64,000 nt of DNA from Paramoeba atlantica (Eukaryota; Protista; Discosea). Under the pieces are notes generated by a model. That model was not told the origin of the DNA. It did not search any database and was given only the letters and a program-made list of their open reading frames with translations. The stretch covers positions 558,001 through 622,000 of the forward strand of contig CDRNVI010000012.1 of NCBI GenBank assembly GCA_977017575.1. Direction: 5' to 3'. The position numbers and the translations under genes are program-made. Positions 27,349 to 38,465 of this stretch are shown here, piece by piece. Each line of letters begins with the position of its first letter. The first letter of the stretch is position 1.

Positions 27349-28390
27349 CAGTAAACGTCACTATTCTGAGAGTCGCTAAAAATGAGAATTGGGCTGTCAA
27401 CGTACAACTGGCTAAAATGAGAATGCACCTTGGAAAATGAGAATGGAGCTTCGGTCATGTGTCAACGTTCAATTCAATTTTACACTCAAAAGTGAGAATT
27501 GAAAAACAACGCTTTCGTTCTCTCACTGATTAACTCACTGCTTCATCTTCACTAACTGGAGAGTATGCGAGAGATCGGTGGAAATCACTGGGGATACCGT
27601 ATACTCCCCCAGTAATGGACCCCCCAGTAGCAGAGATTTCGCCATTTTTGGGCCGACACACAGTAACAAGGATTTGTCTCGGGAGGGTGGTTGGAGGGGG
27701 GGTGTCTGGACAGGATGAGGGTGGTTGTGCAGTAGCGAATCGCGTGGTTTCTGGGTTGGCTGTACAGAAAATCAACGCACTCATGAACGAAAAAGGCCTT
27801 TGCCCACCGAAAAAGCATACCCGACCCAGTAACAAGGATTTGGCCTTTGTGGTCCAAAATCGATTCTATTACTGGGGGGGTATAGGTAGGTGGAGATAGA
27901 TGGGGGTCACACGGGATCACTGCAGATCATTTTTATCGTTGTCCCTTCTCTTCTTCCATTCATGAAAGGCACACAAATATCTTAGTGAGACCAAAAAAGA
28001 AAAGAAAACACTGATTTAGGTGACTACAAGTAATGAAACTTTGTTTTTCTGAAAACAAAACGCTAATACACAAAAGGAAAACTTGTGCTGTTTGACTGCG
28101 CGGTGTTCTTCTGATGAAGAAGAACTCCTTGGTTCTGCAAACCAAGGAGATAGTGGGAGATCTCTGGGGGTCATTTTTGTGCACCCAAAGCGGCCTGCTG
28201 CTCCGCTGCTAATATTTTTCTTGCAAAACGTTTTCTTTTTTAAAAATGAGAATTATGATTTGACCTCATAAAAAAGTGCCTGTCAACGTTCAACAGACCA
28301 ATTCTGAGAATAGTGACGAAAAACGACAAAAAAGCCGTTTTTTCTGTGTCAACGTACAACTGAGCATTCTGAGAATAGTGACGTTTACTG
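27349..28390. mobile_element. Non-autonomous TIR element, 1042 bp
   Basis: Perfect 19-bp TIRs CAGTAAACGTCACTATTCT (27349-27367 / 28372-28390), TA flanks, subterminal GTCAACGTACAACTG and TGAGAAT repeats. Confidence 0.8.
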
Positions 28391-28742
28391 TACATGTATG
28401 TATAATGTTGTGTCACAGAATTCCGAGTAAAAAGCATAGCTGCTCTAATAGTTTTCATGATAATAATTATTAATAATAATTATTATTATGCGATATCGAA
28501 TTATTAAGAATTATTATAGCTTCTTCTCAGGGTGAAAGTGGCGCCGCGAACCGGCGCCGATTTTTTTTATAACGCACGTGATGGTGAGTATCTTTATCGT
28601 TTACTACCCATGCAACAAGTAAGTAGTAGATCTATAATAATTCTTAATAATAGCCTATTACTACAGGCTTCAATTATTAATAATTCTGCAGCTATGGTAA
28701 AAAGCCCTGTTACAAGCCAATAGTGCTTTCACTTGACAACAG

Positions 28743-30878
28743 CTACCTTTTTTGCCTATTTGAAGTCTCTTTTGAATTAGAATGTGCTAGACTGCCGAAC
28801 CTTAAATCTGAATCATTTTGATGGTACCGTTCGTAGAGATTTTGCAACATCATACTCAATTTCTCGTGTCGAATCAAAATGTTATTAAATTTAATGCATA
28901 GTGGTAACATGCGCAATGCTTCGTTCTTCCTGAAATTATTTAGCATGTATAGGTACACAGTCCACGCTTCAGTATACACATCGTAATTTTCTTTTCGAAA
29001 GTGGGTCGCAGCATGAGAGCCAGACATCATCATACCTAAACTTTTACTTGCTTCATACCAAAACGAATACTTATTGGAACTTATACTTTGTGCCCAACAG
29101 TATCGCATGAATTCAAGTTGCGTACGTGCATAGTCCCTTTTGAGGCGTTTTAACGTGGAAGGGCGAACGCACATTTCAGCATAGATTTGCATGCACTTTA
29201 TCCAACTATATGCGCCGCCAAAGCGCCGACATGTGTTGATTAAGGCAGACAGTTGCATGTCCGCAGGTAGACTATTACATTCTGACATTTTTTCCAACAA
29301 GAGAAGAGATTCTCTCCAGCGTTTTCCGGCAACACATGCAGTCACAAACTCGGCGCATAAGAAGGGATCGGCAACACTCGTTTCCATCCATCTTTGTTTA
29401 ACTATAATATCAAGGACTTGACTCCAGTGACTTGCCTTGTTCAAAAAATGTAGTAATTGAGCCTGAGATTGGGTAGAAACTGGGAAAGAATCTGTTTTTC
29501 CAAACTGGTGCGTTCGACAAGTTGTTTCCCACTGAGAGTTCGGGTACGCATCTGTCCTTGTTGAGATCGAATCATGCAGAGCAATAGTTTCTTTTTCTGA
29601 AGCACGGATATTTTGAACTTGATGCAAACCACGATGCCAGGATAATTTCGAAATTTCTATATTCTTTTCCATTTTAGACGCTACATTATTCAAACCCGGA
29701 ATACAACATGTAGGTTTCAAGTCTCGACCAGAAATACAGTTTCCCGGATGCTTCGCACTAAAACATTTGAGCAGCTCGATAAAAAATAATCGACTACCCT
29801 CCACAGTTCTAGATAACCTAAAAGAATGCAGCTGTCTTTTTGAAAACACGGAAATTACTTGGAGTGCAACGCGTCTCTGACGATATTGGACAGCTCTGCG
29901 CAACATTAAGAATAATATCTGCTGATTAGGTGCCAACAATGCCATCCTCCACGGTAACTGTGGATGAAAAATCAATGACTTGATGCACGCTTGGTGATAC
30001 ACTGATATGTAACTTCCAGCATTTGAATATTCGTGTAAAAATTGGAATGCCTTCCGGCATCTTGGAATGCGGAAACGACGAAATCTGGATGTCCGAAGAA
30101 GCAAGAAAGCTAACAATGCACGATACGACGGATCAAGCTTTTTGCAGTCGAGAACATAACTATCACCACGCAAGACTCTTGTTAAATACGGACACGTATT
30201 CCTTAAGTAACGTGCAAAGCTTTGCAAGTGTGGTACTTTGCGTTTTACTATGAGAACAATCAAACAAGACGTAAGTTCCCGGAATATTGACATTTTCTCA
30301 GAAAATACAGTTTGCGCAAGCCTGCTAACACTTTCTCTTAGCATACGCAGCAAGACGCTCCATTTTTCGGATTGATACAGCATTGATATAATAGCATTGC
30401 TCTGATCTACAGTTTGACCCCCATACGATACTGTCAAAGTCCACATGGCAGTAAGCCATGTGGGAGTGTGGCAAAGCGAATTGAACAATCCTATCGCCCG
30501 ATAATGCAAATTATGCGATGCAATAGACGCCATCTCCAAACTTTGCTGCGATTTTAGGAAAATAAGATGTTTTTGAGTTCGCCACTTTCTTTTCCCGAAC
30601 TGTATAAAAGATTGCATCTTGTTTAAGTGGGGGAAATGTGTACCATAATTTCCTACGAAAGGACGAGAGTAGGTGTCAATGCATATTTTTATCATTCGCG
30701 TATTGTATAAACTTACGTTCGCCTGATTATAACCCAAGCGGAATAATTTGTAGGACGCCGGTACCGCTTTGATAAAGTAACTAAGCGCAAAAAGGGCTTC
30801 TATCCAAGTTGCACCTAATTGACCGGATTGTACACGATTCATGAACATTTGCAATGTTATAAGCCAATGTGCGTGCAT
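28743..30878 (-). CDS. Probable host gene; intronless helical-repeat protein, possibly PPR-like
   Basis: Long stop-free ORF (first ATG at 30878; the track extends to a GTG at 30971). No TE motifs. Segments such as SALINTCRRFG..W..CMQIYAEM resemble PPR units. Confidence 0.6.
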   Translation of the reverse strand: MHAHWLITLQMFMNRVQSGQLGATWIEALFALSYFIKAVPASYKLFRLGYNQANVSLYNTRMIKICIDTYSRPFVGNYGTHFPHLNKMQSFIQFGKRKWRTQKHLIFLKSQQSLEMASIASHNLHYRAIGLFNSLCHTPTWLTAMWTLTVSYGGQTVDQSNAIISMLYQSEKWSVLLRMLRESVSRLAQTVFSEKMSIFRELTSCLIVLIVKRKVPHLQSFARYLRNTCPYLTRVLRGDSYVLDCKKLDPSYRALLAFLLLRTSRFRRFRIPRCRKAFQFLHEYSNAGSYISVYHQACIKSLIFHPQLPWRMALLAPNQQILFLMLRRAVQYRQRRVALQVISVFSKRQLHSFRLSRTVEGSRLFFIELLKCFSAKHPGNCISGRDLKPTCCIPGLNNVASKMEKNIEISKLSWHRGLHQVQNIRASEKETIALHDSISTRTDAYPNSQWETTCRTHQFGKTDSFPVSTQSQAQLLHFLNKASHWSQVLDIIVKQRWMETSVADPFLCAEFVTACVAGKRWRESLLLLEKMSECNSLPADMQLSALINTCRRFGGAYSWIKCMQIYAEMCVRPSTLKRLKRDYARTQLEFMRYCWAQSISSNKYSFWYEASKSLGMMMSGSHAATHFRKENYDVYTEAWTVYLYMLNNFRKNEALRMLPLCIKFNNILIRHEKLSMMLQNLYERYHQNDSDLRFGSLAHSNSKETSNRQKR

Positions 30879-31687
30879 TAGTTTTCTCTTAAACTTTCTG
30901 GAAGTTTTTTCTTGGACTTTCACGAATTGAACATATATGGATCGCGACACATGTAAAAACGCATGACACACACAATAGGGTGTAAATCAGGTTCACGGAA
31001 ACTTCAATAAAGTAAAATAAAGTTTTTTTTCTGAATAAAGTTACTACCATCAAACCATTAATTAAGAGACACATTAAACAAGGGAACGCCAACTAAGGGA
31101 ACACTGATTAAGGTACTATACCCCCCCCTGCTTATGAGTTCCCCGGTTTTGAGAAAAAGGAACTCATAAGCGTACCAGATCAGAATTCGAGCCATAAAAA
31201 CGCGAAAATTCGGGCCCGCAGCGCGAAGCGCCGCGGGTTTTCCTTTACAATAAGAGGGCGGAAACTAGAGATTTACGATCCCGGACGATCCCACCGGTCC
31301 TGGTTGAATTTACGTAGAGAAAATACTTGGTGAAAACGCGAGTTCTAAAAATTCGGCGAAAGAAATAGCGACCATTTTTTTAGAGAAACTCATTCAATTG
31401 TTAAAAATCAAAAACGATCTTCATATGAAGGTAAGAGAAACTAAACAAACATTATCACTCCTTCGTAAACACGCTTGTTACCGGTCCCAAGCCCGGCACC
31501 GCCATATTTGGCGGAGTGTGAGGGTGAAGATTTCAATCCATCTATGGCATGGTTATAAACTTAAGAATATAATTAAACTCCTCGTTTCTCGTATCCAGTA
31601 GAACTACTACATTTAGCTCCATTTAACTAAACAATTTTACACGCCTGCAAATGCTACGCATCGATTCGCTTGGTCCCGGCCTGACAA

Positions 31688-31927
31688 TATTCATCCTCTG
31701 TAACGAGGCCCATGGGCTCCGTACCCTTCGGGGTACCACCGCCCCAGCATTCGTGCTGGGAGGCCCATGGGCTCCGTGTCCTTCGGGGCACACCTGCCGT
31801 TGCATTTATATTCATCCTCTGTAACGAGGCCCATGGGCTCCGTACCCTTCGGGGTACCACCGCCCCAGCATTCGTGCTGGGAGGCCCATGGGCTCCGTGT
31901 CCTTCGGGACACACTTGCCGTTGCATT
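31688..31927. repeat. Tandem repeat of about 121 bp x2, built from hairpin sub-repeats
   Basis: Sub-units GGCCCATGGGCTCC-GTACCC[TTCG]GGGTAC and GGCCCATGGGCTCC-GTGTCC[TTCG]GGGCAC. Confidence 0.85.
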
Positions 31928-32607
31928 TGCGTTATACACCCTCCTCTCCGGCATGATTTTTTACAATAAAGTGAAAACAGAATAGAAACAGAAGGGAGAG
32001 GGTGGGAAATTGTGACGTGCTATGGCATGCCTGGCACCCAGGGCTTGGTCCCGGTAACATGGTGCTTACGAAGGAGTGATAATGAGGGAGTTGCTATGCT
32101 CTGTCCATGGTATCATGTTCAGGGGAACAGCAACTCCCCATTATCTCGGCGTAGTAAACACGCCTTGGCTTGCCTGGCACTACGATTGCCGAAAAAAAAA
32201 AAATTATTCCATTAGTCCTCACTTGAGGCCTGTTAGCGGGAGTCCTCCCCCCTAAGAAGATTTGAAGTTGAAAAAAAAAAAGTGGAGTGTTCGGGAAAGG
32301 GGGGGTATTGTTGGTACGTTATAGATCCTCCCATACGGAAGTATCAAGGCAACACCCCGGACGTCCCGGGTTGACGCTGGGAATACGGCTTTTCAGGATA
32401 TCTCGCCTAGTAGGAATATTGATTCAGAAATTCAGACCGACGATAGTGAACGCGTTGCTTTGCTTGATGCGTTTATCCCCGAATTCTTTATTAGCAAAGA
32501 TTCATCATAAATACTGAAGGAACAACTTGGTCTCTTTACATCAACACACCTTAGTTCGCAGTAAACGTTTTCCTTATATTTCCTAACTCTTAATTCGTGA
32601 TCTATAA

Positions 32608-33612
32608 ATGCCCGCAACGCGACGAGGATCCGGTTTGTGCGACTCTCCAGCGACGCAATCGACACGCAACACAGGGGATGAAAATGTACGAATTCCTTCA
32701 GAGTTGCCATCTGCTGAACGGTGTTCAACGAGAACAGATCTCAAAATACACCTACGCTTTGATCGAGCTGTAGGGTGTTCTCAAATCGCGAAATATATGG
32801 GCGAGATTTCTGAAGACGACTGCGCAGCAGCTGTCCTCGAGTACGTAGACAGTGCATTAAAGGCCGCGACGGATACTGAGCGAGTATCTGCCACCAGCCA
32901 AATACTAAGTGTGCGTCGATCTCAAGATGTTTCACTCCTGGAATCTTTGGTTTCGGAAGAAGGGAACCGTTCTGCTCTGGCTACGTTGCTAATTGATCCG
33001 CCTAAAGAGGCGAAAAAATTAAAGGTGCGCGATGGGGAAAAAGAGGGGGGGCAACTTACATCATGGACTGGAACAGAACGACGTCCTAGCCTTGGGGGTC
33101 ATTTAAGGGTAGCCCTTCTAGATGGCAACTTTCGGTTTTTTTCTTCCGGGCTGCTACAAACACGGTTCGGGCGTTTTTTCGAATCAGTTTTTCAGGAGGC
33201 TGGAAAAGGGATATCACCATCCATATGTCAGGAGTCAGAAGCCATCTCCGTATCCGCCAATCACTTTTTGCTTGAACTCGCGGCCCTTTTCCTTGCCTTT
33301 AATGCAAACTCTGATCAAGCCAATACTGGCAAGTGTGTGCAGGCGTGCCGCGAAAACGTGGGTCTTCTTCCGAAAGCGGATCGAATAATACTGCCCCCGT
33401 CTGTTCTGAGCGTGAACGGCAAACAAAAGCACCACAATTTTTACAAAAGCCAAAATGGACTCCTTGAAGAATCTAGTCGATTAAAGAGGTTCACATTCAG
33501 AGGCGACCGCAATGCCAAATTTAGTCGCGGTCATGCAAGCGGGCAAGGAAATGTGCGACGATCCGATCACGCAGCCTCAGAAAATACAGCGAAAGCTCAA
33601 AAGGAGAACTAA
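32608..33612 (+). CDS. Hypothetical 334-aa protein, possibly the gag-like ORF1 of a TATE-like element
   Basis: Open ORF upstream of, and co-oriented with, a YR relic; no recognisable motif. Confidence 0.35.
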   Translation: MPATRRGSGLCDSPATQSTRNTGDENVRIPSELPSAERCSTRTDLKIHLRFDRAVGCSQIAKYMGEISEDDCAAAVLEYVDSALKAATDTERVSATSQILSVRRSQDVSLLESLVSEEGNRSALATLLIDPPKEAKKLKVRDGEKEGGQLTSWTGTERRPSLGGHLRVALLDGNFRFFSSGLLQTRFGRFFESVFQEAGKGISPSICQESEAISVSANHFLLELAALFLAFNANSDQANTGKCVQACRENVGLLPKADRIILPPSVLSVNGKQKHHNFYKSQNGLLEESSRLKRFTFRGDRNAKFSRGHASGQGNVRRSDHAASENTAKAQKEN

Positions 33613-34170
33613 GGAAAACGAAAATTCGGCGTTTCTACGATACCATGTTTATTATGATAAGTTAGGGAAAGATGGTTATCGTTTCGAGGTTTTAAAAAGT
33701 ACAATTGTGGCAAAGGGAAAGATTCTTGGGGAGAAAAACCAAATGCCACAGGTAATTATTACAAAATATCACCTGAAGAGGGATCTGCACTAAAGGGTCC
33801 GCTAGTCTGTTTTATACGGAACAGAAAATAATTGCTAATCTGGTTACAAATCATTAATAATATATGCGTGGCATTGCTGGTGCTTCATCAATATTTTATG
33901 TTATTTTTACGTATAATTTTTAGGGGTTTTTTCCATGTTTAATATGATGTGTGTCACATCCATCAGACCTACACTTTTTCCCCACCAATTTTCTATTATC
34001 AATGCAACGCGAGGAAAGCTCTTTTACCATATTATTACTCTAGGATCATTATTACTCTAGAATCATTCAGAGCAAGCGCCCGTCTTATCTTTATTCAATT
34101 GTTTTACTCAACTGAATATTTCACAGAAAAAAAAAACTACACTTTTCAAAGACAAAAGATAAAGTTTTGT

Positions 34171-36001
34171 ATGACTGGTCTCAAGGACACTGATGACCAC
34201 CGAGGTGGTGAAAGAAGCTACATCGAAAAACTGGCGCTGCAGTCTATTGCACCGGGAACTCAAAAATTGTATCAGAACCGCATTGACACTCTCAAACAGT
34301 TTTGTACAATGCATGGGTATGAACGCATTACAAAACAAGCTTTGGACATTTTCTCCACTGTCAAGCGTCATGTGGAACTGCGAAATCAACATTACAAGGA
34401 TACCGCAGCGCTCTACTTTTCTATCAAGAAATTACTAATTTCGATCTAGATGAGAGTGAATCCCCTTGGGCGGCAGATCGCGTTATATTGCGGGCGGTGG
34501 AGGGAGCAGCGGTTGAAGGTAAGATGCACCGCCAGGAAAAGCGTCCTAGAGGTTATAAACCCCCGCTCACAAAAAGTGACCCCCCTCTTTTTTTTTCGTA
34601 CAAATGTCCGTTTGAGCTGATTTTTGTTGAATTTTGCAGATCTCAACACAAGGACTTTGCGCGTGAAGAAATGAGACAAAAAGAAACGAATACGCACAAT
34701 TTAGAGAAGAATTAACATTTTTTCACTTTTTCGCCCTTCAATCTTGTACACTCTTTAAGTCGAGAATCAAAACTTAATACTGTTTTGTCGATCACTTTTT
34801 GAGTTAAAGAAGACCATGCTTTACGTACACATCGGATAAGTGAAGGCTTGTCCGATGGCGTTTGTTCGTCTACCGCCTCTTGGACCATAGACCAGACGTT
34901 TTCTATAGGGGAAAGGTCGGGCGAGTTGGGGGGCCAGTTTCTTAGAACATCACTCATTCGATTCTCAATATACTCTTTGGAGGCACGGGCAGTATGTGCC
35001 GTTGCCCCATCCTGTTGAAATACACTATTAGGGGGGAAATCTACCTGTTTTGATGTTTCTATGTACGTCTTACTTGTAATAGATGTGTCACTTGGTAGAA
35101 TAACCAAATACCTCCACCCACAGGACTCAAAGTGTATTCCCCGCTAGATTTTTTTTCGTTCAGATATTTTTTGATTATCCTTCTAGAGACGTTAAAATCA
35201 CGGGATAATTGTTTAATCGGAACACCTTCTCCATGTCTCATCTTCAAAAGAACCTTACCACAATCCGTAAGCGCCCCTTTTGGAAGTCGATATGGTGATT
35301 TGGTCATTTTTGGAAAAAAAAGTTGAAAAGTCAATTATTTTTTTTGACTAAATTTTAAAATTTTAAAATGAGCTAAAAACAGCGGGATCGTGCAGATCTC
35401 GAAATTTTGAACGAAACAGTGGTATGATAACCCACCCACGCCCCCATGTGCTAAAAATAAGGGGGGGTCACTTATTCGTGAGCGGGGGTTTATATCAGAA
35501 AGCATGTTGAACGAATTGTTATCCTGGGTCCTCCCTCTGAAAAATGGTCCTGAACTTGCGCGTGCACTCAAGGTCCAATATTACGCGGCCTTGCGCTCTT
35601 GTGAAGTCGAAGGACTCCGTGGAGGCGACTTACAAGGGGAAGGTGCGTGGGCCTTCCTACATATACGTAGCGACAAGGTTCAAAGGCAATCTTCCGATAG
35701 ACAACGATGTAAACCACTATCTCCTATGGGAGCACAAGTAGTTCGAAGCGCCCTTTTAAATGTGGAACATGGTAAAATTGCGTTTCCTGCCTACAAAAAA
35801 CGTTGCGCTGCTAGGCTTGTAAAACAAGCATCCCAAGAGCTAGGGTGGCCCTCCAATGTATGTTTCGACGGCACTCATACTCTCAGACACGGTGGCACAG
35901 GTGTGGTCATTGAAAGCGCCGTGAATATTATATCAAATGCTCTTACAGGTATGTCAAAACAGGTTCGCCAAAGCCACTACTTGGCTCCCAGATCACAATA
36001 A
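34171..36001 (+). pseudogene. TATE-like tyrosine recombinase, frameshifted and interrupted by a Tc1 derivative
   Basis: N-terminal part SIAPGTQKLYQNRI...KRPRG. C-terminal part 35504-36001 has ALRSCE (R), SDK (K), FDGTHTLRHGG (HxxR) and SHY (Y). Confidence 0.75.
34556..35492 (-). mobile_element. Internally deleted DD35E Tc1 element, 937 bp
   Basis: TIRs TAAACCCCCGCTCAC with TA flanks. N-terminal (35059-35334) and C-terminal (34712-35107) transposase pieces are fused. Confidence 0.88.
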
Positions 36002-36889
36002 GCTTCTAGCTAAGAAAGTTTATCGATAAAATGTAAATAATAATGTAATTAGTAGCCTGTTTAACCCTTAAAATGATTAAAAATCATCATACAAGTGATC
36101 ATGGGCTTTTATAAGAGCAGTCCACAAGCGACTACCACTTTCTCCTTTATTAAGTGTTCAATCCGGCGTAGTTAGATCCTGGGTACAGTTTTAATGGTGT
36201 TACAGGATTTACCTACGTACCTACAAGTATTGTTTGCATCTATTACACTACACAATGCATACTGCAGGTGAAAACATGCATGAGCCCGGAGACAACATGA
36301 CGTACACCATGTCCATGCCGGTGCGATCTGAGGGACAATACACTTTACTATACCATATACTATGATCTTTTGGTTTATAGTATGGTTATGGCTGAATGCA
36401 TACACTATTGTCACGCAGTTACGTGACAGCCTGCCAAAGGCCTTTGATGTGTATGAGGAATGAGTGAGTGAGGAGACGAGATGACGAGGGGGGAGGCTCA
36501 CAGATAGTAGGCAATCTGGGGTTTCTTCTTCTTGCCGTCACTAGCGTTTGGGTGATTTGAAGACTGGCGAGTGGGTGGTCCCCGCCGGGGAACTACCCAT
36601 TCGCAAGAGAGAGAAAGTTTGAATATTGTTTTGTGGACGTCCATATATCTTTTGTTATCATTATAGTCAGGATAGGAAAGTTGAAAGACATGTAGTTATT
36701 TAGTTTTATTTACTTGATGAATATTATTTACTTAGGACAATTCTTTATATATTTTGTACAAAGATTTTATGATGAGCAATTCCGTTCAGAGCATCTCTTG
36801 GCACCTCCGTCAAAGGAGACTCGCAGTCCCTGAATTGATCTTCCGGTTGTAGCTGAATGGTGGGCGCCGGGGTGCCATTCGTCTGAGCA

Positions 36890-37327
36890 TCAAGGGTTCT
36901 CCACGGTTGAGGAACTTGTTGGTGTAGTATCGCTAAACTCCTCGTTTACTGGAGCTTTCTTCTCGCGTCGACGGAAAATATTTGTCAGCAGATCCTGCGA
37001 GAACAGTTTCGAGGGTATTGTTACCGTGGAGTTTTTCGCTGAGGCTGGCGGGCTGAGCGGTGGAGGTAGGGATGGTTGTTCCCCGGTGGAAACACGTTCG
37101 CCGGATTTGGTGGCTTGTAGCGGTGAAGTGGGTGCTGGGGATGATGGGGAGTGCGATCCGGTAGAGTTCTGCGAGACGTTTGAACCTGCAGTTAGGCTCT
37201 CTTTCCTCATTCTTTCCTGGCGCAGAGCTTCGTGAAATTTCCAGCGTGCTTCCTTACGTTCTTTCCTTTGCTGAAAGAGTTCTTCGTCAGAGAGGATGCG
37301 TGCAGTCGGATTCAGCGGTCGCAACAC
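36890..37327 (-). CDS. Ser/Pro-rich hypothetical ORF, probably TE-derived
   Basis: Open 145-aa frame without an ATG start; no recognisable motif. Confidence 0.25.
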   Translation of the reverse strand: MLRPLNPTARILSDEELFQQRKERKEARWKFHEALRQERMRKESLTAGSNVSQNSTGSHSPSSPAPTSPLQATKSGERVSTGEQPSLPPPLSPPASAKNSTVTIPSKLFSQDLLTNIFRRREKKAPVNEEFSDTTPTSSSTVENP

Positions 37328-37731
37328 TATGTCATCGGTTGTCCTCTCCGTTTCTTCCGTTTCTTCCGCTCTAGCATCTTTGCCTGGAGATCTGACGGGG
37401 GAGCATAGAAAGTTAGCTTGTTGTTGTTTTATTTTCCTAATCTTTTTCCTCCAAACATGGGCATGCTCACGCGTGCCAAAGCAAAGGAGACTGGCCAGGG
37501 GCGTTTCTAGTGTAAATCAGTAGTTTAGGCTGTTGGTTTAGAGTAGAAGCGTTGGGGCTTAGCGCACCTCGCCACCCGAGCTGCAAACTTCCATTGAAGC
37601 GATAAAATTACAAAGCAAAATATATAAAGTCCATATTTCATCATCATAAAGAGAAAAAGAAAAAGAAAATCTTGTTGGATAGTTCTTGGATAGTTGGGTT
37701 GCTGTTCGTCTGTTGTAGGTAAAAAAAAAAA

Positions 37732-37769
37732 AACTTTAACGATAAAGATACAGTTTCTGTACCTTGTTG
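37732..37769 (+). other. Full-length spliced-leader exon
   Basis: AACTTTAACGATAAAGATACAGTTTCTGTACCTTGTTG resembles the 39-nt trypanosomatid SL (AAC...ACAGTTTCTGTAC...TTG). It is not followed by a GT donor. Confidence 0.85.
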
Positions 37770-38460
37770 CTTGTTGATTTTACGTAGTATTCTCTCGGGG
37801 CCCAGCTCTTTTATGACGCAAACCAATACTCCTCAGAGCCCCGCACGCTCGAACGAAGACCACCCCTCATTCCATATGAGTGCAAAGGAAGGAACTCTCA
37901 GCGTAAGCGCTCTCGCCGACGAAGAACGTGCGCACTCTCTCGGCAGTTGGGACCAATTCCAAGGAAACAAGCATTTGATTCGCGCTGTCAGCACATACGA
38001 CGAACAACTCTACACTACACCAATCCCGGCGAATATTTCTAAGGAATGGTTGGAACGCGCACGTCACATCTCCCAGGAAAAGGAAACCCCAGACACGGGC
38101 CACGTAGAGGCCGAAGACGAGGAGATGCAGCACTGTGGGGTGAGAAGGCAGAAAATTACTCACGAGGCTACACCCACATCAAAGATCCCCGATGAAGCTC
38201 GGACTCTCAAATCCGCAGGCGTCAGCAGGCGTTCGGGAAGAACACAAGGCAGTAAAAACACTGGGAGCCTATATAGGAATTCATGCCATGTGTCATCGCG
38301 ATTTATAGAGACATAATTCGCGCAAATGGGCAAAGCGTTGTCGCAAGTTTCGAAACACAAACGAAGATGTTTAAGAAACATAGTTTAGACCCCTTTCGGG
38401 GCAATACCCATAATCACAATGATAGTCTCCTAAATTTCATCTCGTATACTTATAAAGAAA
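37770..38460 (+). pseudogene. SL-headed, rearranged CRE-like fragment
   Basis: ORF 37771-38316 is followed by scrambled family motifs AVKTLGAYIG and MPCVIAIYRDII, which also occur in ORFs 40035 and 60333. Confidence 0.6.
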
Positions 38461-38465
38461 TCAAC

